A stretch of 64,000 nucleotides of DNA from Octopus vulgaris. Taxonomy: Eukaryota. This document shows, one piece after another, positions 63,887 to 64,000 of this stretch. The stretch's first letter is position 1. The number at the start of each line of letters is the position of its first letter. Made by a program: the position numbers and the translations under genes. The stretch spans positions 49,290,001-49,354,000 of the forward strand of contig OX597828.1 in NCBI GenBank assembly GCA_951406725.2. Direction: 5' to 3'. The notes under the pieces are model-generated. The model was not told where the DNA came from. It did not search any database and saw nothing but the letters and a program-made list of their open reading frames with translations.

Positions 63887-64000
63887 TCTATGTTAAACAA
63901 TGATGATGATGGTAAAGGAAATCGATGGCACAAGGCCAACAATTACGGGGGTGGTGAGGAGGAAGCTCATTACAATGGCCTCAGTACTTGACTGGTACTT

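Overview
AT-rich animal genomic DNA, dense in microsatellites and SINEs. The repeat repertoire points to a coleoid cephalopod, most likely Octopus (inference). Nearly all ORFs in the supplied track are spurious read-throughs of repeats. The window lies inside one minus-strand gene, a ZNF608/ZNF609 (Drosophila brakeless/scribbler) homologue. Two short exons of its conserved domain are readable and neither appears in frame in the ORF track: 20220-20064 (VEAACSP...[28 protein letters not shown]) and about 5227-5144 ([28 protein letters not shown]). The rest is intron. It holds at least five interspersed SINE-like families (my labels A-E), piggyBac-, hAT- and mariner-type MITEs, a deleted mellifera-type mariner, and Tx1/L1, RTE and CRE-like LINE remnants. 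Main anomalies: (1) the 5144-5227 exon has no in-frame splice acceptor, while a strong acceptor followed by the missing bases sits 5.8 kb away on the opposite strand, suggesting an inversion or misassembly; (2) a 317-bp TSD-flanked RTE-derived element with a structured 5' RNA; (3) a gap-free 44-bp hairpin covering a consensus splice donor; (4) head and tail swapping among SINEs, including a tail shared with a Tx1 LINE in the window. I see no secure evidence of a wholly new biological system. SINE boundaries are approximate and were read by eye.
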